Positions 1-13,611 of a DNA stretch of 64,000 bases are shown one piece after another. Numbering within the stretch: the first letter of the stretch is position 1; each line of letters begins with the position of its first letter. The notes beneath the pieces are model-generated. The model was given only the letters and a program-made list of their open reading frames with translations, was not told the origin of the DNA and did no database searches. The position numbers were made by a program, and so were the translations under genes. The stretch covers positions 1,798,001 through 1,862,000 of the forward strand of contig CP089275.1 in assembly GCA_023920165.1 (NCBI GenBank). Reading direction: 5' to 3'. The DNA comes from Curvularia clavata (lineage: Eukaryota).

Positions 1-811
1 ATACACTTGGATCAACCTTGTTGTCTTGCGCAGCAAGTCGGTACAATGGCGTTTTGGTTTATGTATCTTTCCTTTCTTTCGACCCACGATACCCACGGCA
101 TTTATCCATTGCTATTGCGTGCGAGTTTTTTACCCATCATAGTCCTGTTTTATTGAGCAGTATACCAACCCACAGCCATGTACATAGACTTAGACACATG
201 CAGGGTTTGCCTTTTTTTTAATAATTTCTATTGTCGTTGTTCAATCATCAAACTACTTTGCCATGATACTTGGTTAAGCACTGTTATTCAACTCCAAGTC
301 CTTCTCTATAATCGTTCGTGAAATTCGTGGCTTCTATGAATCCTTGTTCTTGTAGCCGTGACCTTGCGAAAGCTTGCCAGATATATGTGGTCGTGGTCGC
401 TCCTGCCGTTGTCACCAGGACCCACGTCAAGTTTTCAGCGACGGTATTCTCACCCTAACAGCTTTCTCCTCGCCATCTCTTCTTATTATCTCTCCCCGCC
501 GCAACTTTCTGTCTTGTCTTCTCGGCGCCTACTTTCGATGCTTCTTCTTGACGCTTCTTCTCGCCATGTCGAACCATGTGGCTCGTAAACAGTTTTCTGA
601 TATTGGTATACTGAATGAGAATGTCGCCAAGAATATGGGCCACTCTGAAACATTATTTAGGTCAAGCTAGTGTATCTTGTACCATGCAATAGACGACTAG
701 GGTATGAGAATGTGTTCTTTTCATTCATAGCCGTCAATGTAAGAAGAAGTCCCAGGCCGACCCAGATACATATGAATCGTGTCGTCCCGACGAAAAGCTA
801 GCTCCCTTGTC

Positions 812-2102
812 TTAGATACCTGCCCGCCTTTTAGGCCTTATAATATCGTCGACGGCGACTTCAGGCCTATTCAAGTCAACTGGCCGAAGCCGTTGCTGAC
901 GAGGAGGCAGATTAACTCTGCCCCGCCCAGCCCGGTGAGCATCGATGCAGGAGTCTGCGATCTCTCGCAGTCTCTCTGCACCCACGTTCCAGACATTCTC
1001 GGCTGTCACGTCAAGCATATCATTTTTGACGTCCGTGAGCCAGTCGTGCAGTACGCTGGCCACGCGTTCAAACTCGGCGTCTTCAAAAGGATTGGCCACC
1101 AGGGGATCGTGCAGCCTTTCCAGGGTGTGGACCGTGATCGAATTGAGGCTTTTGAGGTCGCCCTTCCTCGTACGCCCCAAGAGAATGCGGTACTGCTGCC
1201 AGGTATATGCCCGGCCGACATCGTTCCCAGGGTCGAGCGGTTCTGGGATCTATGCGTAGACTCTTGGTGGTGGGGAAGGGAGCCATCTGGATACGATATG
1301 GCCATTGCATCCATCCACCGCGATGTCATGATTGGCTCCCCGATGTACGCAAGTTTGAGGTCTATGTCTTCATCGAACGTCCCCACTAGCTCTACATAAA
1401 AAGCTCTCAGGATGACCTTTTTCGCATCTTTAGGCGTGATAGGTCTTATTATAAGATTGGCGCTCGCCACAGGGCGCAGATACGAAAGACGAATCGTATC
1501 GGCGTTACGGAAAATTATTTGTGCTGGGTCGCGGTTATAGAATAGATCACCATTACGCTGGTGCTTCCTAGGCGACCACTTAGGTGGAAATTCCGTTGGA
1601 TCTTTATTCACCACACGGATTGTGGGTGTCCAGGTTGTAATGATGGTGAATTCGATGATTTAGTCAAACAAGTAGAGGTCCATATTGGTCTCTGCACCCT
1701 GTCTGTTGGGGATAAGTCCTCTGTGGTGGCGCCACGACGCCGCTGCACGAGCGAGCATTGGCTCAGTGAACCTCTCGTCTAAATCAGCTTGGACAGCCTG
1801 TCTCCAGGCGTCCAGCTGAGGCTGCAGGACGGCACGTCTCTGCCCCCATGCTTGGATGAACTGATTAGCGTCTGTCAACATCACACCACCAGTGTATCCG
1901 AGGCTATTGCCGAGGACAGCAGCGTTGACGGACCGTACGTCTTTGTTGAGTAGCATGACCTCTTGTGGCTTAATAAAGCCAGCATGGAACGCGTTCTTGG
2001 CTCCCTGTGAAAAGTTAGAATCATGGACAGTAAGAGACGTAGATGGGTTCACTCACTGTGATCTCGCCTTGCCGCTGCTCAGCAGCGACAGTATATAGTC
2101 AT
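812..2102 (-). pseudogene. Decayed intronless orphan ORF (~430 codons), unknown product
   Basis: ORFs 1660..2052 and 1006..1614 are in the same frame and separated by a single TAA (…DLYLFD*IIEFTIITTWTPTIRVVNKDP…). A frameshift near 1270-1285 leads into the frame of ORF 812..1180, which contains one TAG (…PRVYA*IPEPLDPGNDVGRAYTWQQYRILLGRTRKG…). Both stops revert to Gln by a single C>T change. The 5' end near 2050-2102 is also frameshifted and uncertain. Confidence 0.55.
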
Positions 2103-2624
2103 GGTTCTCGAAGAATTCTGAGTGCGGATGTGGGATTCGCGCAGCACGGAGTCCTCGGGTTATTTAAGGGGATAGTTTGGCATGACACTCTGCCATTGAG
2201 TAGCTGTTCGTCGTAGAGAGCAGTAACTGCATCTGCATCTGCATTTGTTAGCACTGTTCATGCCAAGTTCGCAAGCTTTTCTTACCCAAGTCATTTATAT
2301 CGAAATTAATGGTCATATTAGATAGCTTGTACCCCCCAATACTCTGTCGTACAAGCTCGCTATATGTAGGAACCTTGGAAGTCGACAAGTTTGGCAGGGA
2401 GCACACTGGATCCAAGTTGTACTCCAGCCATTGTTCCCAAACCGGACTGTTTGGCGATATCTTTTCGGATTTGTGTGCCTGTAAGGCAGCACAGTAGGCT
2501 TTCAGTCTCTTGCTTAGGCCTTTCTACATCTTCTGATGCCGTCTCATTGCCAGGTAGACCTGCGCATATGAGTTTTTATCCAAGTTGTTGTAGCGGCAGC
2601 AAATCTAACTGCTCGGCAACACTT

Positions 2625-2957
2625 AGAGACATCTCGAGTAGGGTTGCTGATTTTGTCTTCACTCTTTTTTCCATCGACAGCTACGAGAAAGAGGTCCTCG
2701 GTGGTAATGGATCGACCGTTTTTGAACTACACCGTCTTCGAGATGATGGCTGACACCGCCGCAGCATGTGGCTGTTGAACAAGTGTCATCCAATTCCCGG
2801 CAGTACTGAGACCGGGATGAGAGTTATTTGAGAGCTGGTAGCAATACCTACGGCATAACAGCTTGAGACCCCGCACTGTCGCTGGCTCCATCGACTGGAG
2901 TGAGCACCCTTGGTAGCAGTCCTCGCAAGGGACATCTTGAATAGAGTTGCTGATTTT
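2625..2957. repeat. Pair of 30-bp imperfect direct repeats (2625-2654 and 2928-2957)
   Basis: agagacatctcgagtagggttgctgatttt vs agggacatcttgaatagagttgctgatttt: 4 mismatches, all transitions, 303 nt apart. Confidence 0.6.
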
Positions 2958-3277
2958 TGCAAGTGGGAAATGGCAGGGAGGCAAGTAACAAGACAGTCAA
3001 ACAAGAGAGATGCTCGAGTTGAGTTGAGCAAAGGCGGCTTGACAGTGGAGTTTGTGGTAAAAGTAAAAGAGAAGTGTGATAATATATGGTTGTGACCAGG
3101 CGCTAAGCCCAGATAGGAAGTGTTGCAGCCAAGCGGTAAACCCAAATAGGCACGTTATCTTGTAAACTTGCTCACAAACGAACTCGAGAGTACTAGAAAC
3201 AAACGAATACGCTTCATAGCCATATACATTACTCGTGCCCCCAAATATCTACAAGTATCTATGTCTTGTGGAGAAAT

Positions 3278-3605
3278 CTATAACTTGGCCTCCTCCTTTA
3301 CACTCCCAATCTTCAGCTTGGGCGCATACTTTTTCAGCACGCCTTCGTTGTGATACTGTCTTTGCGTCAGTCTTTTCTCTTCTCTCCCCATCGCTCCACG
3401 GGAAGTAAACGCAAGAGGCCAAACTCACCTTCCAAAACTGCTTACTCGCGTCCTTGCCGCCCACTCTCTTCAAGATCTTCGCGCCGCCCGGGTGCTCATC
3501 TACGAAGGAATCCATCTTGTATACATCGCCGTCGATGATAATGTACAGGCCCTTTTCCACTGTGTTGTGCTCGGCGACTTGCTTGGGAGTGAAGGAGTCG
3601 GACAT
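3278..3605 (-). CDS. Small cytochrome b5-like heme/steroid-binding protein (84 aa, 2 exons)
   Basis: Exons 3605-3429 and 3355-3278, with a GTGAGT…CAG intron. [15 protein letters not shown]…[12 protein letters not shown]…[20 protein letters not shown] contains the HPGG heme motif and the second His. Confidence 0.92.
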
Positions 3606-4426
3606 TTTGCGCGCGTGTGATTCGGTGGTGTGCACGTGTGGAAGGAAGATAGGGCGGTGAATAAGGTACGAGGTTTGATTTACAGGCGCGCGCGTTTCGT
3701 GTGGAGAGATAGCGGCGAGGAAAAGAGAGAGGAAGGCAGGATACTGGAAATGGCGGAGTGGAAGTCTGGGGTAAAGCTTCAGAGGAGAGTCGGTGTTTGA
3801 ATGACGGGGGTTGCGCAACATGCCGAGGTCCAGAGAGAGTCTGCCAAGGTTGGGGGCGGCGCCCCGCGAGTCGGCACGGGAAAGAGATAAGCGGTTTCGT
3901 GGGGATTGTGATTGGCTTTGGGCTAAAGAGCTGTATTCCGCACATTCAGGAACGTAGTAGGTACTGCTGTCATTACGACGAGTTGCTTTTTGTAAAAACA
4001 AAGGTGGAGGTGTAGTATCTACCAGTGGGATTGCGCTGGCTAGCTACCATGTGCCACCAGGGTGGAATGTTTTCCTATCTGTAAACTACCATTCAGGCAC
4101 AAAGCGCGTCACATCTGACGATTTCATTATCCTATTGATCTATGGGACGCAAACACGAGGGCATGGGTAGGAAAGGGGAATCACTAAATTGTCTGGCTGA
4201 GCCCGAGACCGATGTTGTCGTGAAGAAGGAAAAAAGAAGACCACGCAATGTAACTCCAGTTGCTGGGCTGCGCGATTTGCGCTGCTTGACAGAACATGGA
4301 AGAGAAGAAAAAGTAGCAGAACGCCAACGCCCACTGTCCGTTGTCCACGCTGGGAGAGATCCTAGTCACCGGCATTCCCTGCATTCCTTCCCGCATACGC
4401 TCGTAGTCGTATCACTGTCACAAACC

Positions 4427-6985
4427 TTAGTAAGGGCTGTTGACAATGTCGTTCCGACCGAGGTAGCTTCCACGCGCTCCTCTTCTTACAGCCCCAATAC
4501 GACTCGGCGTCGCGATACTTTCTCTCGTTGGTCGCTGCAGCGCCTTCCTCGCGACCATGTCAACCTCGTTCGGCAGTGCAACGATCAAGTTCTTATCGGA
4601 GCCAAACTTGAAGTTATCGGCCTTAACCTCCTCGGCGTAACGTTTGATACTGTAGGGATCTTTGCGGTTGGCCAGAACCTTCTTGAGACTCCAGGTCACA
4701 ATAAAGGGACCTGTGGCAGTGATGATGGAGGTTTCCTTGTCTTCGAGACCAGTGTTGAAGCGTGCGGTGGTAAAGGATATGGGCGCTTTGGTCTCGTGTT
4801 GGAACTGGGCGACGTGGGCAGGCGTGAGGGCAAGACGGCGGGGCTGTGGTTTGTCGTCTTTGGCAAACGACTTTTCGAAGCCAAGTTTGCCGTCATTCTT
4901 GCCACCTTTTTGAAGTGCGTCGATAAGGAGGAGATAAGTTCGTGTGGTAGCAAGCACCCAGCGACCATCTGCCGAGACATCCATTCCAATAATGGGATCG
5001 CCCAGCGCAGGGATGAGAGTCTTTGCGTTGATACCAAGCCTGTCAAATAGTCGGATATCTCCTTTCTCAGACGCTACAGCGATATGGCCCTTGGCTGTTG
5101 TTGCAGCTGCAGAGAACGCATTCTTGGTAGCATATTGCTTAAGCTGATCATCAACGAGCTTGTTGCCAGCCAAGCGAGGATCAACCCGGTAGAGAGCATT
5201 GTCAGAGAGACCCAAGAATGTCTGCTCACCACTCATTTGAGCGAATTTCTATAAACTGTTAGCACATGATACAGTACTTCAAGGCAAGGAGTGTACATAC
5301 GTTTTCTGGCGCAAAGACCTTGACCGGAATGTCGTCGTGCACCTTCCATTCGTCCACAACAGTACCAGTCTCAAGATCCATCCGGTAGAGGTTGTTGGGG
5401 TTGTCCAAGTTCTGCAGAATCATATCCCGATCTTGCTGGTGAAGCATGACTTTGTGAGGGTTGAAGGCCTTGCCCTTGGGAGTCTTGATGTTTGAGATGG
5501 TGGTAGAGAATTGCAGCTGGTTGTCGGGCGTGTGCTTGAAGACGCCAATCTTGTCGCCACGCACAACGAACGACCTGTCATGCTTGTAGCCTACAGCGAG
5601 CTGCGAGTTTACATCTCCGTCCTTGGGGCGGGTTTCAACGTCATCTTCGGACTCGTCTGAATCGTAGTGTTCGCTGCGCTGGTCGTCGGTTTCCTCATCT
5701 TCCTCCTCTTCTTCCTCATCCTCCTCTTCCTGCTCTTCATCTGGCGCATCTTCCATAGTCAGGTCCTGGAATGCCTCCAGAACGTACTCGCGGTCAGTGT
5801 CCTTTGCTTTGCCCCATTTCATCTTGTTCAAGTGCTCCCAGAGTGCCTGCATGACACCCTGCTGCATGTTCTCTAGTTCTTCCTGTTCGGTAAATTTCAG
5901 AAGCCATGAGTATGCAGAGCCATCTTCGAGGTAGTGATTGAAGATGAAAGACTTGTATTCGTAGTTGAAAACTGGGTTAATGTCCTCCACAATGGGTTGT
6001 CCGAGCCACTCGCGTTCTTCGCCAACAATATGTAACCAATAGTTCCAATCGCCGATTTCAGTGACAGTGACGTTAACCTTGTCATCCTGCTTGATGAATG
6101 TGCCTGATGGAAAGTCAAAGAGATGGAGCTCAGCATCGCCTTCAGCCAAGGTCTCAAGGGCCTCTGGCTGCGCGGCAGATGGAGGCGCAGCGGTTGCCTC
6201 ATCTGGCTCTGGGATGGTGCCCTTGCCAGCAACTTTCTTCGCCATCTTTTCCTTTGTGGTGTTGGGGAACAGGTCTTCGGTGGTCGGGGGCTCGATGGGC
6301 CGGGCAAAGACAGTTGAGCTCGTGGGGCTGGTAACGGGGCTCGCGTCGGGAATGGGTTCTTCGTAGTAGGCAAGCGCAGCAAGGTCGTCTTCAGTCGCGT
6401 ATTCGTGGCTGCGTCTGAACTTTCTCTCGTACTGGCACTGCAGGGCGACGCGCTCGAAGAGGGCAGCGGTTTCCGGTTTGACTGAGGGGTCGCACACAAA
6501 CTCCCAGAGGTCGTCAACGTCGCCACTTAGGTCGCGCCAGGCAAAGATCTTTTCGCCAGTGGAGCGTACGTCGTCGCGAAGGCGAAGGTCCTCGTCGAGG
6601 AGGAAGATCTTCTCGTCTTTGTCTCCAGCTAGCGCATCCAGCGCCGCGTCCTCGTTCTCCTCAGCGAGCAGGTCCTCCTCGCCTTCCTCGTATGCGCGTT
6701 GGACGACGAGCTGGTACTGGAACTCTTGTCCTGTGCGGCGGATGGTGGCTGCGGCGTCTTTGAATATGAGCTCCGAGTAGCCCTTGACGGAGCGGGGTCG
6801 GACGAGGTAAAGTTGACCCTGGGGGATTTCGACAATGGTTTCCTTGGAGTTATCACCAAAGACAAGTTTACCAACTGGTGATGTAGTGTTAGTGCCGTCG
6901 CGGCCATGGCGGGGGAGGGGCATGCGCTGGTGCAGGCATGGGACAAGCAAACGAAGCAGCACTTACGGTTGCGGAGCATAAACAT
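4427..6985 (-). CDS. VID27: Vacuolar import and degradation protein 27 (3 exons)
   Basis: Exons 6985-6967, 6874-5301 and 5248-4427 with canonical splice sites. N-terminus MFMLRNLGKLVFG…IPQGQLYLVRP, an acidic tract, NSQLAVGYKHDRSFVVRG, LYRMDLETGTVVDEW and LGDPIIGMDVSADGRWVLAT are typical Vid27 blocks. Confidence 0.92.
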
Positions 6986-7533
6986 GGCGAGGGCACAGGC
7001 GTAGCTAAAGGATGGAGAGCTGAGCCGTTGGTGAACTCTAGGAGAAATGGGCGTCAGGGCCCATCCAAGGAAAAGTGATAGGCACTGGGTCCAAGGCAGC
7101 GGCGTGCAATCATTACGATTGCCAGGGTCCAACGCAATCGCTCGCTTAAGCAACGTCATGTTAGCCTTGCGGCAGCCAGTAGGCGCCAGTCTAGCACAAA
7201 CACACCACAGACATGCATCTGGGCAAATGGACGTATTGTACGAAGAGCAGAGCGCTTCTGCTTGATACTTTAATTATTCCTTTCACAGCCTAGACCTCAT
7301 CCCTAGATGGTGTGCATCCTACTCCTAACGTGAAACTCCCAGATACCCACATCCCGTCGCCTTTTGATAGCAAAGTAAATAAAGTAATAATAAAAAAAAG
7401 ACATCAGAAATAAGAAACAAGTAGTCCATACAGTGTCCATCATTCGCCGCATCAGATTTTGTCGCTTTTCATGTTCGTTTGGGTATCACAGAATCGCCTT
7501 TGTTTGCAAACACGTGCTTGCGCACTTGCCCCT

Positions 7534-9987
7534 TTACGGCGATTTTTGCGCGCCCCAGACAATACTTTCCATAAGTGCATATGGTGATGAGTCCAGCTCT
7601 AGCCCAGCCAGCGGAGATTGCGAAAACATATTATCCACATCGTTGGTAAGTGCGCTGTTGATGTCGTGCGCCGTAAAGACGTGCATGGTGGGCGACGGCT
7701 GTGAACCAGTCTCGCTTGTCTTTCGCGTGTGCGTTGATGTAATCCTGAGTAGTCGCTCGAGTGCTGAGACAGATCGCGTAATAGGTGTAGAGAGCTCGGC
7801 AGGATCCACATCCTTGGTGACATCTGTGAGAACTTGGATCACGTTCTGGAGAAGACCTCGTGCGCGTTCGTTGCGATTGTGCTCGCCGAGAATTCCAAGC
7901 AAAAGAGCAGAACTTAAGGAGCGATGGACAGCGGACCAAGACCGTGTTGCGAACGGCGTCATGTTTTGTAAGCCGAGGAAAGCCTCGACGGTATTTGTAA
8001 GGCTGTCAATGCATGTCTTGCGCAGTGTTTTGGAGAGATCAAGGTTAGCCGTTGCAGGACTTATGGCTGGTCGACAGAGTTCAGATGTGACGTATGAAAT
8101 GTGGAGGTATAGCGCCCAATGTTCCAGCTGATCTCGCATTGAACGGCATCTCCGGGAGTCTTTGAGATAGTCTGCTGCGTCTATCATGATTTCTTGGAGC
8201 TCATTGCGATGTTCGGTGATCCTTATGAGGGCATCGTGTGAGTTCTGCGGCCGCTGACGCTCGCGTACAATATCGAGGCCAACCTTGCACAGGCGATACA
8301 TGCTCTCGACGTATGTCCTTGTCCCTGGGGCTGTGTGCTGGCTCATTGGCACGGTGTGATCGATAGTCGTAGTCGACGAAGCTCTGTCGTATGAGACGGA
8401 GAGCAGAGAGTCTTGCCAAAGCAGTGCCCACCACACCTTGCTCCGGATAACCTTTTGCTGCACAGGCGTTGATGGTGGACATTGCCTATGTAACCCTAGC
8501 GTTTGCGAAAGACGAACAGTTAAGCCCATCAAACTCCAAGCAACACCGGCGTTCATGTTGTTTGATATGACGTTTCCGAGGATAAGGAGTGTTTGTATGT
8601 TATCTATGTTTGCGTGCGAAAGGAAGTTGGTGAAGCGCAAGCACTCGAAGCTGCAGCATACGTAGACTTGTGAGGTCAACTCCCGTTCTCGCCTGGAAAG
8701 ATTGGAACATTGACACCCTGAGGCCAGGATTGCAAAGACCAGACCTATCCAGTGGAAGTCTTTACCGTGTATTTGTTGGTCTGTTATACCATTGGTGCCC
8801 TGTGAACTTGCGCGGTTGATCAGGAAGAGCAACAGATCTGATTCAATGGCCTCGATGTCAGCAACGGCGGGGTAGACGACGTGTGCGGTTTCACGATAGC
8901 TGCGGAAGAAGCTGAGACATTCGGAGTCGCTGGGTAACGCGTTGGCTAGTTCTTGGGCGCGTAGTATTGATCCATGAGGTAGACCCCACAGGTCGACGAA
9001 CGGGTATGTAGCGCTCTCATTGTCTAGACCAAATATCGGTAGCATGCTCTTCTTGCCCAGCAGATCCTGTACGCCGGGTGCCCATTGTGTATCTCCCCTT
9101 CCCAAGGCCATGACGAGTGCCGGAACTGAGCTGGGCCCGATGTGAATGGTCTGGCCGGTGATGTCGTTGCGTGTGTGTATCCCTTGGGTTCGTACGTGGC
9201 TCTGCTCGCCGTCCATAGGCGCTGCTGCTGCCAAGGGCGTGTTTCCGGATCCATCTCCTGGAGAAAAGCCGTTCGCTGGGGGTGGTATCTCTGCGACACT
9301 GCCTACTGCATTCTTTAGGTCGTTGAGCGACTTCTCAGCCTGCTGTAGCTTGCCACAAATGCGCTCCCAGTCCTGCCATGGTTAGCCTAGGTGCATTGCC
9401 CTTTCTACCTGCGTATGCGTACCTCTCGAGGCAGCGTGACCGTGCCGCCATGTATGTGAACGAGGCCGTTGGAGAAGTCATGTCCGTTGTTCTGTCCGAC
9501 GCCTAGGTTTATCCGTTTGGCAGGAGGGTGCGATTCGCTGGGCGGGTGGTAGGTACAAAGTTCGGGATGTTCGCGCACAACGCACGTCTTGCAAGGAACG
9601 TTTTGGTCGCATTTGACCTTGCGCTGTCGACACGGGTAACAAGCCTGCAGGAGAATCAAGAGTCAGCGCAAGTCCGTGGGGCCGTGGTATCTAACAGGCC
9701 AGCAATGCGCCGGGTGTCATAGCCCAATTCGGCAAACCAGAGAGGCGGCAGTTTGTTTTCAAATTCCCCATACTAACATCTGGCGACCGTCGGGACTGTT
9801 TTCCTCATCCCTCTCTTCCTACTGCAGTCTCCCGCGTTTCACATCACGACGCATCCAGATAGCGTACCTTGTACTCTCTCGCTTTGCGCTTGCGCCTCAG
9901 AATCTCATCGACGTCCGCACGTGGTGGCGTGTCCTGCATAAACCCATTGGTCGCATGAGGATTGTGCTGCTCCTTCAGCTCGTCCAT
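7534..9987 (-). CDS. Zn(II)2Cys6 transcription factor with fungal-specific TF (middle homology) domain (3 exons)
   Basis: Exons 9987-9868 (MDELKEQ…RRKRKAREYK), 9644-9423 (ACYPCRQRKVKCDQNVPCKTCVVREHPELC) and 9372-7534. Contains SQTLGLHR…RSKVWWALLWQD (Fungal_trans motif). Confidence 0.9.
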
Positions 9988-10466
9988 GGTCGAAGCTCGG
10001 GGGAAAGTCGTCGCAAGTCGAGATGGGCCGGATAGGCGCGCTTGGTGGAGTGTTGTTCGGTCGGGCTTTCCGCTCGCTGAAGCCCCACTCCGGCAACTTC
10101 AGGATCGCCCGCTGGCATTCGGATCAGCTAATCACGCGACTTGACGGCTTCGACAAGATCTTCAACTATCGTCTTTGGCTATGACATCACCACAGCTGGG
10201 TATCGATACTGCTCAGCTATGACTGAGCTTGTTCATTGCAACAGTCTTTCGCGATCCTTCTTCTCGCTCTCGGTCAGGGGATGCACAGCGAAGCTAGGAA
10301 TGAACTTGTTGGTTGATTACATGCAATTGTCTAATGCTAAATAATGTACAGGACAGGGGGGCGACCCACTCCTCCAGGCGCCCATTACAGCAACAAGGAA
10401 AGAAGATATCTTCTAAACCGCCAGCATATGCTACAGATGATTTATTTCTAATGACTTCGTCCCCAC

Positions 10467-12143
10467 TTATGCAACCTCTTTCTTATCCTTGCTCTCATCC
10501 TCCTCGTGGAAGGCGTAGTGTGACTTGGCTCGGATCCTTGCGCCGTAAAAGTAGAACAGGAAGGGGATTCCACAGCAAGCCAGTCCAATAAAAGCTAGTA
10601 GAGAGCTTGCCCATTGGTCTCCAAGACGGTCGTACATCTGGTTCGTAAAAAGCACGACACCCGCGCCCCAAAAGCTACGCAGGAATGTTTTGGCGGCCAG
10701 CGCAGAGGCTGCTTGGTGCTGGTATGAATCGACTAGGTAGTTGTTGGCCGCGTTGTACAGGAAGATGAAGCCGAATCCAACTGCACCGCCTCCAAATGCA
10801 GGGCCGGCCCAGTGAGTCTCCTTGTAGCTGGTCCAAGCGAAGATGAAAACACCGATTGGAATAAACCAGCACGAGCACATCATGGGAATCAACCTTGCTT
10901 CTGCTGGTGGGTGGCCGTTGTGCTTCGCCGCAAGCTTGAGATAGTGCTTGTTAACAAGAGGTGCGCATGCGGCCGAAAGAAGAACACCACAGATGAGGGG
11001 GATGAACATCAGGCCAGTTGATCCCGCACTCCATCCCTTACCCTTTTGGTAGACAATGGGGTAAGCGACAAAGAACATGTACAGAAGACCGTACAGGACG
11101 GACATGTATAGCGATATAAGGAAGACGATGAGCTCTCGAAAGAGCAGTTGGAATGGTCGCAGCAGGAAGAGCTGCAGGCGCTGACTGAAAGGCCGCATGT
11201 CGAGGTCCTGTTCCGTAACAAATTTATCGTCGCCCGTCTCCTTGCGCATCTTCTTTGCCCTCTTGGCGAGGATCTTGGGCGCGTACGTCTCCGGGACCGT
11301 GAAGGTGATCAGAATCCAGACGATTCCACTGAGGATCAACTGAATCCAATACAACCAGCGCCATCCACCTGCTTGACCAAGGTATCCACCAACCAATGGA
11401 CCTACTCCAGGACCAATGAAGGGTGCAGCACTGAAGAACGCCATCGGGACACCTCTCTCCTCCGACTTCCACAAATCCGCCAGTGTACCTCCAACAAGCG
11501 TCATGGGCGCCGAAAAAGCCACACCAGCAATAAATCGCGTTACCAACAAGGTGCCAATGTTCTGTGCCACAGCCCCTGGAATCGTAAAGATGACTGCAAA
11601 CGCCAGCGTAACAGCATACACTGGTCGTCGGCCCCAGATCTCTGACGCAGGCGCAAAAACCATGGGCCCAACACCAAAGCCCACGACAAACAGCGTAATC
11701 GTAAGCAGCGAGACTTCCTCGCTAACCCCAAATTCTGCACTCACACCCTCGAGATCTGCTGTGACGACTGCGGAGTTGAAAGCCACGACGAAACATGTTA
11801 TGGCGACACAGATTGTGCACCACCATTTGAAGGCTTTGCTCCAGTTTTTTGGGTTCTCCTTGTCGTCCACGACAAAAGTGACGAGATCGTATTTTTCCAC
11901 CTTGCCGGCGTTGGAGCGTACCTCGCGGACCATTTGTCCTGAGATGGTTTCTTGAGTGTATTCTTCGAGGGCGGCATTGTTGGAGAGCGTGCGCGTGGGG
12001 AGGTTGACTAGGTCTTCGGCGGTTGGGATGCGATGCAGGGGTTCGACGTTTGTTCGTTCTGAGGCAGCATCATCGTGGTGGGCGTATGGGGTGGTGTTTG
12101 CAAAGTCCCTTGATGTAGGGAATCGGACGGCTTCTGTGGCCAT
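10467..12143 (-). CDS. MFS transporter, drug:H+ antiporter DHA1 (Tpo/Flr1-like) family, intronless
   Basis: [56 protein letters not shown]-like PAEARL and YLVDSY…ASALAA motifs, with about 12 hydrophobic segments. Confidence 0.92.
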   Translation of the reverse strand: MATEAVRFPTSRDFANTTPYAHHDDAASERTNVEPLHRIPTAEDLVNLPTRTLSNNAALEEYTQETISGQMVREVRSNAGKVEKYDLVTFVVDDKENPKNWSKAFKWWCTICVAITCFVVAFNSAVVTADLEGVSAEFGVSEEVSLLTITLFVVGFGVGPMVFAPASEIWGRRPVYAVTLAFAVIFTIPGAVAQNIGTLLVTRFIAGVAFSAPMTLVGGTLADLWKSEERGVPMAFFSAAPFIGPGVGPLVGGYLGQAGGWRWLYWIQLILSGIVWILITFTVPETYAPKILAKRAKKMRKETGDDKFVTEQDLDMRPFSQRLQLFLLRPFQLLFRELIVFLISLYMSVLYGLLYMFFVAYPIVYQKGKGWSAGSTGLMFIPLICGVLLSAACAPLVNKHYLKLAAKHNGHPPAEARLIPMMCSCWFIPIGVFIFAWTSYKETHWAGPAFGGGAVGFGFIFLYNAANNYLVDSYQHQAASALAAKTFLRSFWGAGVVLFTNQMYDRLGDQWASSLLAFIGLACCGIPFLFYFYGARIRAKSHYAFHEEDESKDKKEVA

Positions 12144-13611
12144 GAGTGGGTGTAGTCGAGGGACCACGGGGGTCCTTTTCGAAAATTTGTGTAGAAAAGA
12201 TAGGAACACCAGATGAGTATTTCTTTTGAAGGTAAAGATGTTATCAGATATGCTCTGTTGGATCCTAACTCAGTAGGCCTCGTCGGTATTAAGCCTTGTG
12301 GGAAAGATGAGAACTCGATGATATCAAAATCCCCCTTGCACCCTGCCCTCCCTCTCTATATATACATATAGCACACCACTCTACAACTGAAAAAAGCGCA
12401 TCTTTTTTCATGCCCTTCGTACGAATACTGACATGTCTCTGACACAAACCCTCAAGAAAGCCTCCGGATATGTCTCGGGCCTTGGCATCTAAGTAACACG
12501 CCCCCCAAGTCCGTCAATCATTCGTTCCCGCCAGCATGTCTGACTCCACCGCGGAATGGTATCCCGCACACACGCTAGTACCGGGTAGGCTTAGCGGCGG
12601 GTGCGTACCATCGCTCCGAGCGAAATCCGAAGCGTTGGGTGTGAGGTTTGGTAGGGAGGTATCGTGCACCTTTTGATTTTTTCTAGATTTTACAGACTAC
12701 CAAGGGACGTTTTATTTGATTCTGATGTGAATGTGGCGTGGGGGGTGGTGAGACGGTATTGGGAGTTGGACAGCAGGGACACAAGGGGAAAAAAGGCGGT
12801 GCTGAGCATTGAGAATATACTCCGTAAACATTCAAAGTCAGGCAGGGGCTTGACAAGGTTACTCTAATGAACAGGGTTAAAGATTGGCGTTGATATGGCG
12901 ATGATGAGCAGATAATGCGGGCTTGGCATCAAGCTAGCTTGACGAAATGACGAGATGCTTGGGTACAATCTTTGATTTGCGGATAGAGGATTGGGAACTG
13001 GGTTTACTATGAGGAAAGCTGGTATGCTTCTGGTTGAAGTTGTAGTGGGAGGAATGGATCGAGGATTGGCGATTCTCGGTGCTATGAGGTAAGATATACA
13101 TATGCTCGCCACTGGTTATTGGTAACCTTGTAGAGCGCTTTACGACATGAGCTGTAATTCGTTTTAGTACATCCACAGTCAGACTGACGTAGTCTCCTGT
13201 TCTGCGATTTGTTGTTGTCTATGGCTAGTTCTATCACAACATGGAAGGCAGCAGCATTTGGAATTTCTCTTATTTTCATTTGCGATCGATACTCTTTTAG
13301 TACGATATAACCAACATAAAATTGTTGTAATGTGAACAAATCCTCAATCCTGACCCGATAAACGCCATGCTCTTGTGGACAGATCCGTCTAATAAAATCA
13401 AAAATCCTAACCCAGAAGACAGCCCAGGCAGGGTCAACCCGCATTGATAAGTAATGGGTAAAAAAGGTCGATGGCTACCTGCTTCCTTTCTAGATGACGC
13501 CTTTTGTGAAACGCCGTGGCGATGTTGAAGTGATGGGAATGCTGGAAGTTTACATGCATTTTTCCAAGGAAAGTCGTAAATCAATCATGTGACGTGTGAG
13601 ATGCTAGAGTT

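Noticed and set aside
1..700. Possible further decayed minus-strand coding fragments
   Set aside because: Short open stretches could not be joined into a consistent frame or assigned to a family.
779..1399. 206-aa plus-strand ORF
   Set aside because: It is antisense to the decayed minus-strand ORF, which gives the longer continuous reading. No independent evidence supports it.
3249..4001. 250-aa ORF containing the cytochrome b5 sequence
   Set aside because: It reads through the 5' region and the intron. The spliced 84-aa model restores the second heme His and a normal end.
4142..5050. 302-aa plus-strand ORF
   Set aside because: Mostly antisense to VID27 exon 3, with no motifs.
5690..5745. 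(TCC/TCT)n-like low-complexity tract
   Set aside because: It encodes the normal acidic stretch of Vid27.
12860..13500. Short minus-strand ORFs between the MFS and reductase genes, and similar ones at 16.1-17.9 kb
   Set aside because: No motifs, splice-supported model or codon bias; treated as intergenic, although very old relics cannot be excluded.
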